Assembly: GCA_963828195.1 (NCBI GenBank)
Contig: CAWHDT010000005.1
Span: 704,001 to 768,000, forward strand
Origin: Candidatus Bathyarchaeota archaeon
GTDB lineage: Archaea > Thermoproteota > Bathyarchaeia > Bathyarchaeales > Bathycorpusculaceae
DNA: 64,000 bases
Direction of reading: 5' to 3'
This document shows positions 8,476 to 17,890 of the stretch, one piece after another. Numbering within the stretch: the first letter of the stretch is position 1; each line of letters opens with the position of its first letter. The translations under genes were made by a program, and so were the position numbers. The notes below the pieces were generated by a model, which saw nothing but the letters and a program-made list of their open reading frames with translations, did no database searches and had not been told where the DNA came from.

Positions 8476-11400
8476 TTGGTGAAGGACTTGGGTTTTGCTA
8501 CTTTAATTCCGATCGGGATAACCGAAGGATTGATGGCTGTCTTCACGGCATGGCTCATTAAAAAAGGCACGGAAATCAAGGCGCCAAGGGAAGCTTGGAC
8601 GGTACTCTTCCTCCTCTCAATGATGGCTGAGATGTTTATCAGCATCGTACCCTACCTCTACTTTCCAACAGCTCTCTTCGAAATAATATTGCTCAACATG
8701 TTTGCGATGATGGTCATAGGCTTCGCTTTCGCTATTTTGTATGTATTTGATGAACCCAAGACCTTGGATGAAACTCTATCCGGCAATGTGCGAGTAAAAT
8801 CCCTAATAATTGCGTTGATCGTCGCCTTGGTCCTCTTGTCTGAGGTGTTCATGGTCTGGACTTTTGCACTCATCGGAGGAACTGTATCCACGGTGGGCGA
8901 TCTCCAAGGAGTTTTCACCGCTATAACAAACTCTTCGAGTTCATTCTGGTTCATCTTCATGTCATCTGCTGAAATGGCAATCACACTTTTTTTCATCAGA
9001 GGCAGACTGCCGAAGGGATTTAGCTGGCTCATTGCGTCTCAAGTTATTATAATGGTCCTTTCTCCGACCGCGATTGTCAACTCTGTTTGGGCGGGCGTCT
9101 CTCTGGCTGCTGGCAGCGCCGTCATGACTTTTCTGTTCATATACGTCTTCAAGTTTCTGCATGAGAACCAGACTTTAAGCAGAGGTATCGTGAACTATCT
9201 GCTCTTTCTTATGGGGGCATATGCGTTGATGATGGCGGGCCAGTTCATCTGGCTTATCAACGGCGATACCGCAGTTTTTGCATTATCGATAATAGTCGAG
9301 ATGGTAGTGTACCTCGGAATAGTATTAGACGAAAAGAAGCTGATCTCTTCTAAATCGGTAAGTTGGCAGTCAATGCCGTACTGGATCTTTAGCGTTCTCT
9401 TTCTCATATTTGTGGTAGAGTTCTTTATGAGCGGAGTCGTGGCCATCCAGGTGTTTGGTCAAGGCTTTTTCAATGGGATCGTATCTGCGTCAACAACGTG
9501 GCCGCTTACGCGAATATTGAGCGCGGGCTTTTACGTTGGAACGATGACTTTCTTCACGGCATGGCTCATCAAAAAAGGCACGGAAATCAAGACCTTAATC
9601 GACGCCGGCATCGTGCTCTTTCTCCTCTCAATGATGGCCACAATCTTCATCAGCACAATCGTCTACCTCTACGTCCAACCATCAATTACACTTCTTGATC
9701 TGGTGACCATTAACTTGGCGGTGGCAGGCGTCGCAACTTCTGTCACTCTTTCTGCGACACGCAGGGGAAACGTTAGCCTCCTGAGGGATAAGGTGGGCAA
9801 CATCAGGCTTCTTTTGATCTCGTCGATCATCGCCTTGGTCATCCTTTCTGAGGTGTTCATGGGCTGGACTTTTGCGCTTCTTGGCGGTACGGTATCGATT
9901 TCGAGCGGTTTGCAATGGGTTTATTCAGCTCTTATTCATGCTTCGAGCTCCTTTTGGTTCATTTTTATGATGTCCGCCGAGATGGGAATAACGCTTTTCT
10001 TCATAAGGAGCAGGCTGCCAAAGCCGTTTGTCTTGATAATGGCAGCTCAAACCATCGTAATGATTCTGTCCCCCACAGCGATTGGCAACTCTCTCTGGAC
10101 CAGCATCTCCCTGGTTGCAGGGAGCGCCGTCATGGTTTTTCTTTTCATTTACGTCTTTGAGTTCCTATATAAGAATCGAACAATGGGTTCAGGCATACTG
10201 AACTACCTGCTCTTCCTCATGCTAGCCTACGCCCTAATGATGGCAGGCCAATTCATCTGGCTTCTCAACGGCGACGCCTCAGTTTTTGTCTTATCCATAA
10301 TAGTCGAAATGGTGGTGTACTTCGGAATCGTGCTGGACGAAAAAAGACTTACTTCATCCAAATCCGCAAGTTGGCTAGCAAAGCCGTATTGGGTCTTCGG
10401 TTTTCTGGTGCTTCTTTTCGTGGCAGAGTTCTTCATGGGCGGAGTCTTGGACATTCAAGTGTACGGAGCAGGCTTTTTCAACATGATGATGTTTGCCTCT
10501 ACAGCGGGGTCCTTTGTAAATGTCCTAAGTGCGGGTTTTTTCAATTTCATAATGTTCTTCACCAGAATAACCATGTCTCCGTGGTACCTGATAATGATGG
10601 GCATAGAGATGGGCGCCCTTGTAGCCTTCAGAATCAAGTATACGCGGGAGCTCGAAACTAAGGCAAGGCTCCTGCTTTTGATTCTCGCTTACGGCGCATA
10701 CAGTATACTCCTGCCCATATTCTTAATCCCATCCGATGTCCTTAGGCAGACCCCGTGGCTAGGCTGGGCATCAGGGATAGGAAGCTCAGGCGCCATAACT
10801 TCAACCGTAGTAGCGGCGTTGCTCGGCACATTTCTAATCAGCGGCACACTTTCATTTCTTTTCGGTAGCAGGCAACTCTGCTCTGTGACCTGCATGGCTC
10901 CCCTCATGTACCAGGGAACGACGGTAGATGCCATGAACTCATGTGGTAGAACTTCCAAGCTCGCGTGCAAGCTGCACACGAACAAGATATCATCCGCCTA
11001 CAAGACCGTTGTATCGGCGGTGTGGATCTCGTTGCTGGCTGCGGCTTTACTTTCCTACTTGGCATCTGCAGGAGTTTTAGGAATCTCCGTTTTCGGCATG
11101 GATCCTGCCTACTTCCTGTTCATGTTTTACTTCGGCTTTCTCTGGTACCTTATCTGGATGATGATCCCCTTTGTCGGGACGTACGGCTGCGCCTCAACTG
11201 GCATGTGCGGCTGGGGAGCTTTCAACCAGCTCATATCCCGAGCCGGGCTGTTTAGGCTAAAGGTAAAGGACAAGGCGCTTTGCAGCAACTGTACCACAAA
11301 GGACTGCTCGAAGGTCTGCCCTCTGGGACTCACAGGTCAGCCGGCGGCGTTCGCGGCCAAGGGCGAGTTCAAAAACTACAAATGTATTGGCGACGGGAAC

Positions 11401-12687
11401 TGCGTTTCGGCCTGTCCACAAAGAAATATAGCTTTCTACGATGTAAGACATTGGTTGAGGGAGCGCGTGCGTAAACCCATGGCTGCCGGCTCAATCAGTT
11501 TTTTGACGCTCTTATCGAGGAACATTAGAAGAAGACCCTTCAGGAACATGGCAACGATACTGTGTTTTGCGTTTATTGCAGCCAGCATACTATCCGCGGG
11601 CTACTTAATCAGCGGAACCACCAACAGCCTTAACGTTGGAATATCGCGAATGGGCGCAGACATAATGGTGGTTCCGTCAAACTCCACAGCGGCAGGAGAA
11701 TCTTTACTCCTAAACGGACAGCCAACAACATTCTTCTTTAACAACAGCCCAGTCCCAGAAATAATGAGAGTCCCCGGAGTAGCCGCCGTGAGCCCCCAAT
11801 TGTACATTGCGACCCTCGGAGCCTCCTGCTGCTCTTTACCCGTTCAATTAATAGGATTCAATTCCAGTCAAGACTTCACTATTACGCCTTGGTTACAAAC
11901 AAAACTTGTCGGAGGCTTGAAGCAAAATGAAATCATTGTTGGTAGCGCCATTGTAGGGAATGTAGGTTCCCGACTCAAATTTTATGGCCAAAGCTTCACC
12001 ATTGCAGGAAAGCTTTCGCCCACTGGAATGGGGTTAGACGACACGATTTTCATGCGCATGCAAGATGCCTACGCTATGGCGGCTGAATCAAACACAACCG
12101 CAGTAGAAACTCTAAACATTCAACCCGGGCAGATATCCGCAGTTTTAGTACGTGTGGCACCTGGCTACAATATAGCGGGAGTAGCAGCTGATATTGGATC
12201 TACGATTTCAGGTGTTCAAGTTATTCAGTCTAGCGGGCTAGTAAACACCGTGGCGAACCAAATATCCGCGACTACTCAACTTCTGTATGTTGCTGCGACT
12301 TCGGTTACCTTGGTTTCTCTTCCTCTAATTGCTCTTGTATCTTCAATGGTGATTAATGAGCGAAAGAGAGAGATAGGTATTCTCAGAGCGACGGGTGCTA
12401 CCAAAAGATTCATTCTTAAACTTTTCTTGTCGGAAGCGATTACTCTCGCCCTAATCGGCGGAATATTGGGTATTTTTTCCTCTTTCATCATGATTTACAC
12501 CTTTCAGAATTTAATAACACTTAAACTTCAAATACCATTTCTCTGGCCATCTGCTGGTCAAACTCTTGCTGAAGCCGGATTGGTGTTGACTCTTGTAGTC
12601 GCTGCTGGAGCCGCCGCTTCGCTATATCCAGCGATTAAAAATAGTAAGTTAGAACCGTACAACGCAATAAGGAGCGGAGAATCTTGA
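8476..12687 (+). CDS. fusion protein: duplicated polytopic membrane module + NapH-like 4Fe-4S polyferredoxin + MacB/FtsX ABC permease
   Basis: Internal repeat of about 337 aa. Cys motifs CSVTCMAP, CASTGMC, CSNCTTKDCSKVCP and CIGDGNCVSACP. From about 11479, RNIRRRPFR, MGADIMVVP and ERKREIGILRATGA are FtsX/MacB permease motifs. Confidence 0.85.
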   Translation: MVKDLGFATLIPIGITEGLMAVFTAWLIKKGTEIKAPREAWTVLFLLSMMAEMFISIVPYLYFPTALFEIILLNMFAMMVIGFAFAILYVFDEPKTLDETLSGNVRVKSLIIALIVALVLLSEVFMVWTFALIGGTVSTVGDLQGVFTAITNSSSSFWFIFMSSAEMAITLFFIRGRLPKGFSWLIASQVIIMVLSPTAIVNSVWAGVSLAAGSAVMTFLFIYVFKFLHENQTLSRGIVNYLLFLMGAYALMMAGQFIWLINGDTAVFALSIIVEMVVYLGIVLDEKKLISSKSVSWQSMPYWIFSVLFLIFVVEFFMSGVVAIQVFGQGFFNGIVSASTTWPLTRILSAGFYVGTMTFFTAWLIKKGTEIKTLIDAGIVLFLLSMMATIFISTIVYLYVQPSITLLDLVTINLAVAGVATSVTLSATRRGNVSLLRDKVGNIRLLLISSIIALVILSEVFMGWTFALLGGTVSISSGLQWVYSALIHASSSFWFIFMMSAEMGITLFFIRSRLPKPFVLIMAAQTIVMILSPTAIGNSLWTSISLVAGSAVMVFLFIYVFEFLYKNRTMGSGILNYLLFLMLAYALMMAGQFIWLLNGDASVFVLSIIVEMVVYFGIVLDEKRLTSSKSASWLAKPYWVFGFLVLLFVAEFFMGGVLDIQVYGAGFFNMMMFASTAGSFVNVLSAGFFNFIMFFTRITMSPWYLIMMGIEMGALVAFRIKYTRELETKARLLLLILAYGAYSILLPIFLIPSDVLRQTPWLGWASGIGSSGAITSTVVAALLGTFLISGTLSFLFGSRQLCSVTCMAPLMYQGTTVDAMNSCGRTSKLACKLHTNKISSAYKTVVSAVWISLLAAALLSYLASAGVLGISVFGMDPAYFLFMFYFGFLWYLIWMMIPFVGTYGCASTGMCGWGAFNQLISRAGLFRLKVKDKALCSNCTTKDCSKVCPLGLTGQPAAFAAKGEFKNYKCIGDGNCVSACPQRNIAFYDVRHWLRERVRKPMAAGSISFLTLLSRNIRRRPFRNMATILCFAFIAASILSAGYLISGTTNSLNVGISRMGADIMVVPSNSTAAGESLLLNGQPTTFFFNNSPVPEIMRVPGVAAVSPQLYIATLGASCCSLPVQLIGFNSSQDFTITPWLQTKLVGGLKQNEIIVGSAIVGNVGSRLKFYGQSFTIAGKLSPTGMGLDDTIFMRMQDAYAMAAESNTTAVETLNIQPGQISAVLVRVAPGYNIAGVAADIGSTISGVQVIQSSGLVNTVANQISATTQLLYVAATSVTLVSLPLIALVSSMVINERKREIGILRATGATKRFILKLFLSEAITLALIGGILGIFSSFIMIYTFQNLITLKLQIPFLWPSAGQTLAEAGLVLTLVVAAGAAASLYPAIKNSKLEPYNAIRSGES
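8541..10570 (+). repeat. intragenic tandem duplication (period about 1011 bp; end approximate)
   Basis: CTTCACGGCATGGCTCAT(T/C)AAAAAAGGCACGGAAATCAAG at 8541 and 9552. Paired peptide blocks such as YALMMAGQFIWL and LSIIVEMVVY recur. Confidence 0.9.
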
Positions 12688-13412
12688 TTGTTGTCTCTGA
12701 ACTTTCGAAAGTATACAGGAAAAATATTGGGTCAGTTGAAACTGAAAACTCTGAAGGCAGCTCTTACATGCGCACCGTTGACTATGTTAGAGCGGTACAG
12801 AATGTCACTTTTTCCGTTTCAAAAGGAGAGTTTGTGTTAATTGTAGGCCGCTCTGGAAGCGGAAAAAGCACTTTGCTAAGCATGTTGGGAGGACTCACCG
12901 CTCCCACCGACGGTGCTGTCAGGTTGAATGACAAAGATCTATGGTCTATGTCTGATGAGGCTTTGTCTCGTCTCCGAGCAGAATACATAGGGTTTGTTTT
13001 TCAGTTCTCAGGCTTGTTGCCCACATTAAACGTTTTGGAAAACGTGATGTTACCTACCCTATTTGTTAAAGCAAAAGAAGACCCATCAAAACGTGCTCGC
13101 AAACTTCTTTCAGATGTAGGACTTGATTCGAAGGCCCAGTCGTTTCCATCTGAACTTTCTGGGGGCGAACTCAAAAGGGCTGCAATAGCTAGAGCTTTGA
13201 TCAATGATCCTTTGCTCATATTGGCGGATGAACCGACGGGGGATTTGGACGTGGACACTGAAAGAGAGATTATGGAGCTTTTCAAGGAGATTAATCGGCA
13301 GGGAAAAACTATTCTTATGGTTACTCACAACCCGGAACTTTCAAGTTACAGCAGCAGAGTCGTTAGAATGGACAAGGGAAAAATAAGTGAGCCACAGTCC
13401 GACTTGTCCTAA
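12684..13412 (+). CDS. ABC transporter ATP-binding protein (LolD/MacB type)
   Basis: GRSGSGKST Walker A, LSGGE signature, LADEPTGDLD, VTHN. Overlaps the stop codon of the fusion gene (TTGA). Confidence 0.95.
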   Translation: MIVVSELSKVYRKNIGSVETENSEGSSYMRTVDYVRAVQNVTFSVSKGEFVLIVGRSGSGKSTLLSMLGGLTAPTDGAVRLNDKDLWSMSDEALSRLRAEYIGFVFQFSGLLPTLNVLENVMLPTLFVKAKEDPSKRARKLLSDVGLDSKAQSFPSELSGGELKRAAIARALINDPLLILADEPTGDLDVDTEREIMELFKEINRQGKTILMVTHNPELSSYSSRVVRMDKGKISEPQSDLS

Positions 13413-13477
13413 GAAGATGAACGATATTCAAACCTTGATGACCTAACACGTTGGCAAGGTATGTTTAGTTCATCCTT

Positions 13478-13687
13478 TTATCGTGGAGTCTTTGACGGCT
13501 TGGCAAAATAAACAGCCATTATGCCCAAAACGAATGGGATTGCGCCGAGAACCATTAACCCCGATTCGTTAGGCTGATTCGTCATCAACCAACTCATAAG
13601 GGTGTGGGCGCCCAGCCCAATGCCAATGATTATTCCACCTGCCAACGAAAGGATACACCCAACATACATTAACCATAATTTTGCCAT
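13478..13687 (-). CDS. small two-TM membrane protein
   Basis: Two hydrophobic helices and an ATG start. Confidence 0.55.
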   Translation of the reverse strand: MAKLWLMYVGCILSLAGGIIIGIGLGAHTLMSWLMTNQPNESGLMVLGAIPFVLGIMAVYFAKPSKTPR

Positions 13688-14067
13688 AATTAACTCACTA
13701 AACTTTGGGGATTTCTAATACATAAGGTTTGCCAAATCCGCCTGCCCGCCCTAACAGAAATATATCCTTCCACGATGTGAAGCATTGGTTGAAGGTGAGG
13801 TTTCGGAATTTAGATAATAGTGCGCAATGAATCCAAGAAACCCACATTCTTATTCGTTCATTTCTCCGAGAATTCTTGCCAGCATAAAAATGCTATAAGA
13901 TGCATAACTTGCAGCAAGCGAACCACATACTTTCATGTCAACTTCAACTTATTTAATCACAAAAACGATTGTCCTTTCATCAAAATGAATCAATTAAAAA
14001 TGTCAAAAAATCGATCTAGGAAACTTTAATTACGCGATTCAAATAGAATTTATTTGAGGCTTTACAG

Positions 14068-14487
14068 TTGAATTTTTTCGGCGTAACTCTTACGGTACCA
14101 GGGTTAATCTTAACCTTGATCGGCTTGATTATTCTGTGGATTGTCGTTTCTATTCCTGTTTGGCTTGCCGGTAAGGCTGCTACTGGGGGCAGAGCGAGTT
14201 TCGGAGAGGCCATGCTTGCAACATTAGCTGGACCAATCGTTTACTTCATCGTTGTCTTTTTGGTAGGCTACTTTTTAAGTTCAGTTATAGGTTCTGTGGC
14301 ATGGATTTTCGGCTACTTATTGGCGCTTTTAGCTTGGATTTGGGTTTTCAAAGCCAGTTTCCGAACAGGTTGGCTGCAGGCAATAATAATAGCCATTCTC
14401 GCATGGGTTATCTACATCATCCTAAGCATTATAATCGGGTACCTATTCAGAATATATTATCCAGCGCCATTCTTCCCAAAAATATAA
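14068..14487 (+). CDS. hypothetical 4-TM membrane protein
   Basis: Four hydrophobic segments. Confidence 0.7.
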   Translation: MNFFGVTLTVPGLILTLIGLIILWIVVSIPVWLAGKAATGGRASFGEAMLATLAGPIVYFIVVFLVGYFLSSVIGSVAWIFGYLLALLAWIWVFKASFRTGWLQAIIIAILAWVIYIILSIIIGYLFRIYYPAPFFPKI

Positions 14488-14677
14488 AAAACGATGAAAA
14501 TTAATGATCGTTTTGTGGAATAGATGTCAGCGTTAAGTTCCTGCCCGCTGGGTACCAAGGGGTCGGGAGGTTACGCTTCCTAAACTGTTCATGCTAACCA
14601 ACAAATTAAAGCAGCAAATAATTAAAAAATCCGCGGGAGCAAATCTGAAAAAGCAGGGATTCACGCCCGGGCAGAAG

Positions 14678-14750
14678 TAGCCCGAGAGAGATTCGAACTC
14701 TCGTCAAGGGCTCCAGAGGCCCCTATGCTTGACCACTACACCATCGGGCT
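14678..14750 (-). tRNA. tRNA-Gln(CTG)
   Basis: AGCCCGA acceptor stem, TGGTGTAGTGGTCAAGC D-arm, anticodon loop CT-CTG-GA, GTTCGAATC T-loop. No intron and no encoded CCA. Confidence 0.95.
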
Positions 14751-14788
14751 TCGATGCAAACACCAAACATGGTTCAAATTATTTAACT

Positions 14789-15010
14789 TTAATGTTGCGC
14801 TGCTTCGCCGCCGTTTTCCTTCTTCAACGCCTCGCGTACGCAGTAGCATTCTTGGCTAACCTTGTTCCAGTTGCCGCAGTGCCACAGCGTGTCAACTATC
14901 GGGTTTTTGTTTTGGGCGTGGCGAGTTGAACAGAAAACTTTTTGGGGGTACTCGTATGAGTTGTGGCTGTCGCAGTTGCCGCAGTACTCTCCACCATTGT
15001 TTGCGCTCAT
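14789..15010 (-). CDS. small Cys-rich putative metal-binding protein
   Basis: 73 aa with six Cys (CGNC, C, C, CYC). ATGA overlap with the dys stop codon. Confidence 0.65.
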   Translation of the reverse strand: MSANNGGEYCGNCDSHNSYEYPQKVFCSTRHAQNKNPIVDTLWHCGNWNKVSQECYCVREALKKENGGEAAQH

Positions 15011-16038
15011 GGTTTCAGCTGCCCCTTGTCTGTTGGTTTTTCAAACCGTAAAACTGGGTTGCGCTTGAAGCCCTCGCCCAGCCGCTCGGTTGCGGAGGCA
15101 ACGAGGAACGGGAAAACCATCAGTGCTTCACCTATAACCGTAACGTGATCTGCTTCGCCCTTCATTTTCCCCCAACTCACCGTCTCCTCCAGCGTGGAGC
15201 CGGATAAGCCGCCTGTTTCTGGCCGGTCCAGGGTGATTACAACAGCGTAATCTAAGCCTTTCTTCGACGCTAACACTGACGACTGGATCGTGTTGCGTGG
15301 CACTCCGCCGCCGAGGACTATCATGCCGTTTTTGGGTGATTTTGAGCTGATGCCGCATATGGTTGGCACGTCTTTGAAGGCATCAACTTGCAGCACGGGT
15401 TTGGCGGTATTCTGGGAGGCGTGGAGCCAGTGGATAAAGCCGAATTCGGAGTCGCGCACGGATGGCAGGAAAATGGGCACGTTCTCTTCGTACGCTGCTC
15501 TAAGTATGGAGTTTTTGTCGGTTAGGCGTTTGCCGATTTCCCAGCTGAACTCGTTTGAACCTAAGCTTTCCCCTTTGCGTTCCCGTGCTATATCATCGTA
15601 CATTTCGGACAGCTTGAAGTCTAATTTGACGTAGTCTTCTTCGGGAACAAAAATGTCGTAGATGCGGAAAACATGGTACCTGTAGAGTTCATTGTCGTTT
15701 ACTGCCCAGCTGCCCTTGTAGTGGTGTCCGCCTACGGCTTCGATGGCGTCGTGAACCATACATGCGCCCGTGCTAACGATTACGTCCACGAATCTTTTTC
15801 GGATCAAATCAGTGATTATGGCACGCATGCCCGCAGGTACAACTGCACCGGACAACGCCAAAAAAACAGTGCAGTCTTTGTCTTTGAGCATTTTCTCGTA
15901 AATATCGCACGCCGTTGCCAAGCGTCCAGCTCCAAAGGAGCCCGAGTTTTTGTACTGCTGCATCAGCTGGTCAACGGTTAATGCGCCGTTTATTTTTATG
16001 TGATTGACTGGAGTTTGGAGGTAATCTTTTCTTTCCAT
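15007..16038 (-). CDS. dys: deoxyhypusine synthase family protein
   Basis: SGAVVPAG, STGACMVHD, GGGVPRN and TGGLSGSTLEETVSWGK (active-site Lys). Confidence 0.9.
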   Translation of the reverse strand: MERKDYLQTPVNHIKINGALTVDQLMQQYKNSGSFGAGRLATACDIYEKMLKDKDCTVFLALSGAVVPAGMRAIITDLIRKRFVDVIVSTGACMVHDAIEAVGGHHYKGSWAVNDNELYRYHVFRIYDIFVPEEDYVKLDFKLSEMYDDIARERKGESLGSNEFSWEIGKRLTDKNSILRAAYEENVPIFLPSVRDSEFGFIHWLHASQNTAKPVLQVDAFKDVPTICGISSKSPKNGMIVLGGGVPRNTIQSSVLASKKGLDYAVVITLDRPETGGLSGSTLEETVSWGKMKGEADHVTVIGEALMVFPFLVASATERLGEGFKRNPVLRFEKPTDKGQLKP

Positions 16039-16350
16039 CCAAGGTGCGCCTAGATTGCTAGTTATAGCTGGATATGAAAATAGCTTTCGATATTTAAATG
16101 ATGATAAACTTGGGGAAATGAGCTAGTTTAGAGTTTTGGGGAAGAAATTTTTTCCTGAATCTCTTTCAGCTAAGGGATTTCCTCTCTTCTTCTAAACATA
16201 TCAGATTCCTTTTTAGTTATTTTTTTTTGAGAAGCACAAGGATGCCGCCTATGACGCATAGAATCAAACCGTTTAACCAGCCGCTGCCAGTTCGATTAGA
16301 GAAAAAATATAATACATTGGGCAAATACAGTTGATTTGAGGTTGAAACAA

Positions 16351-16554
16351 ATGCCTATAGTTCAAGTTTCTGTTTGGGAAGGCATGACCCTTGAGAACAA
16401 GAAGAAAACAGTCGAAGGGATAACTAAAGTTTTTGAGGATTTAGGAGTTCCCAAAGAAGCTGTCGAAATCGTTATTTATGAAGCGCCAAAATGCAATTGG
16501 GCAACGGGCGGGCAACTGCACTCAGAAAGACTCGCCCACATTAAACCCCTGTAA
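16351..16554 (+). CDS. 4-oxalocrotonate tautomerase family protein
   Basis: MPIVQV start gives the catalytic Pro-1. NWATGG motif. Confidence 0.85.
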   Translation: MPIVQVSVWEGMTLENKKKTVEGITKVFEDLGVPKEAVEIVIYEAPKCNWATGGQLHSERLAHIKPL

Positions 16555-16577
16555 ACTAAAGCAAGGACTGACAATTA

Positions 16578-16877
16578 GTGTCCGAGAAAAAATTCAAGCT
16601 GTCAGCAAAAGTAAGCAGTGATAATCCAACAGCCATAAAACCAGTGTTAGAACGAATGATCGGCAACAACGGCTCTATCAAACCAACCGCCGACGGGTTC
16701 GAAGTCAATGCTGAATTCAAAGGTGAAAGCGCCAGAGACATAAATCGCATGCTGCTTTCTGAATTGCGTAAGGCAGAAAAGAAAACGAGAAGTCGCTCAG
16801 AATGGACCTCGGAAGACACCATTGAAAAGTTCTTTGACTACGCACTCAAGCAAACCAAAAAAGTAAACCAAAATTAA
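16578..16877 (+). CDS. hypothetical protein
   Basis: 99-aa ORF co-oriented with its neighbours. Confidence 0.6.
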   Translation: MSEKKFKLSAKVSSDNPTAIKPVLERMIGNNGSIKPTADGFEVNAEFKGESARDINRMLLSELRKAEKKTRSRSEWTSEDTIEKFFDYALKQTKKVNQN

Positions 16878-17003
16878 GCGCTTGCTCTTGAGAGGCACAA
16901 TTCCCAAAGAAGGACAGCTCGATACACTGTTAATTTCCAGTTGTTTCCCGACGGTCAGAACACTTTTATAGTCAATTTTTCAAAGTTATATTGGTGATTA
17001 TTT

Positions 17004-17297
17004 TTGTCGGATTTTATTGTTCTTGGAAACTGGACTGAACAGGGCATAAAAAATGTCACAGAATCTCCGGAAAGAGTCAAGGCAGCCAGAGAAATGATTG
17101 AAAGAGCTGGCGGAAAAATGCAGTTTTTCACAACAATGGGAAAATATGATTTTGTGCTTTTTGTTGAGATTCCCAAAGATGAAGACATGGCGGCAATTCT
17201 TTTGTGCGTAGGCAGCATGGGAAACATCCGCACGATGACAATGAAGGCTTGGGCAGAGGCAGAAGCCGGCAAAATGCTCACGGCACCCCACCCTTAG
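17004..17297 (+). CDS. GYD domain-containing protein
   Basis: WTEQGIKN...R...GG...TMGKYD...GNIRTMT pattern. Confidence 0.85.
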   Translation: MSDFIVLGNWTEQGIKNVTESPERVKAAREMIERAGGKMQFFTTMGKYDFVLFVEIPKDEDMAAILLCVGSMGNIRTMTMKAWAEAEAGKMLTAPHP

Positions 17298-17890
17298 CTT
17301 AAGTTTGCAGCCATCTTAATCGTTTTCAAACTCTCCCTCTTTTCTTCGGTAAGGCATGTGTAAAGATGAGAAGATTTTATAAAAAATGTGAACGCAATGC
17401 ATGTGCACAATCACAGCCAAAAATTGAAAAATATACAAATTCGCGCGTAACACACTGCTATGTCTTGAAGTAGAATTGCTAAAATGCTTGCGGGATTAGA
17501 GTTAAATGTGTACAAAGGTGTGACTGCATTATGACAGCCACAAATACTTAAGAATAATTTACAGTATATTTTTTTGAAAGATTATGTGCTGCTTACCAAA
17601 TATGACATCATCGGACCTGATGAAAATTGCAGAGCCCAAAGAAGAGAAAGCCAAGAAAACCAAAGCCAAATCTCGTCTCGAATTAGCTATGTTGGCTGCG
17701 TGACGAAGCGAAATTACCAACACCACATTCGAGCTTTTTCTTCCTTGACAGTATGATTTAGACAGGACTCTGAAATTCTATTTGTTAAACTCTTAAGCCC
17801 GCTTTTGGCCCAAATACTTTATGTCCGCCTTTGACCGCAATATTTTTCGTACATTCTGCACTCGTTCAAACCGCTCAAAATTCGCCGTTG

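Noticed and set aside
8658-13386. Many short antisense or alternative-frame ORFs in the track (also over ahb, fumC, cysS, prs, lhr)
   Set aside because: They are shadows of well-supported genes, with no motifs or RBS.
7010-13412. Prophage or complete eCIS locus around the DUF4255 gene
   Set aside because: No capsid, terminase, sheath, tube or baseplate genes in the window.
14490-14677. GC-rich patch downstream of tRNA-Gln with CTGCCCG...CGGGCAG and a CTGA; possible sRNA or att site
   Set aside because: Only a 7-bp inverted repeat, no convincing C box, and no tRNA-end duplication found.
17574-17756. Short intergenic ORFs (also 13820-14029, 36466-36681, 54376-54582, 59034-59264)
   Set aside because: Atypical composition, weak starts and no recognisable motifs.
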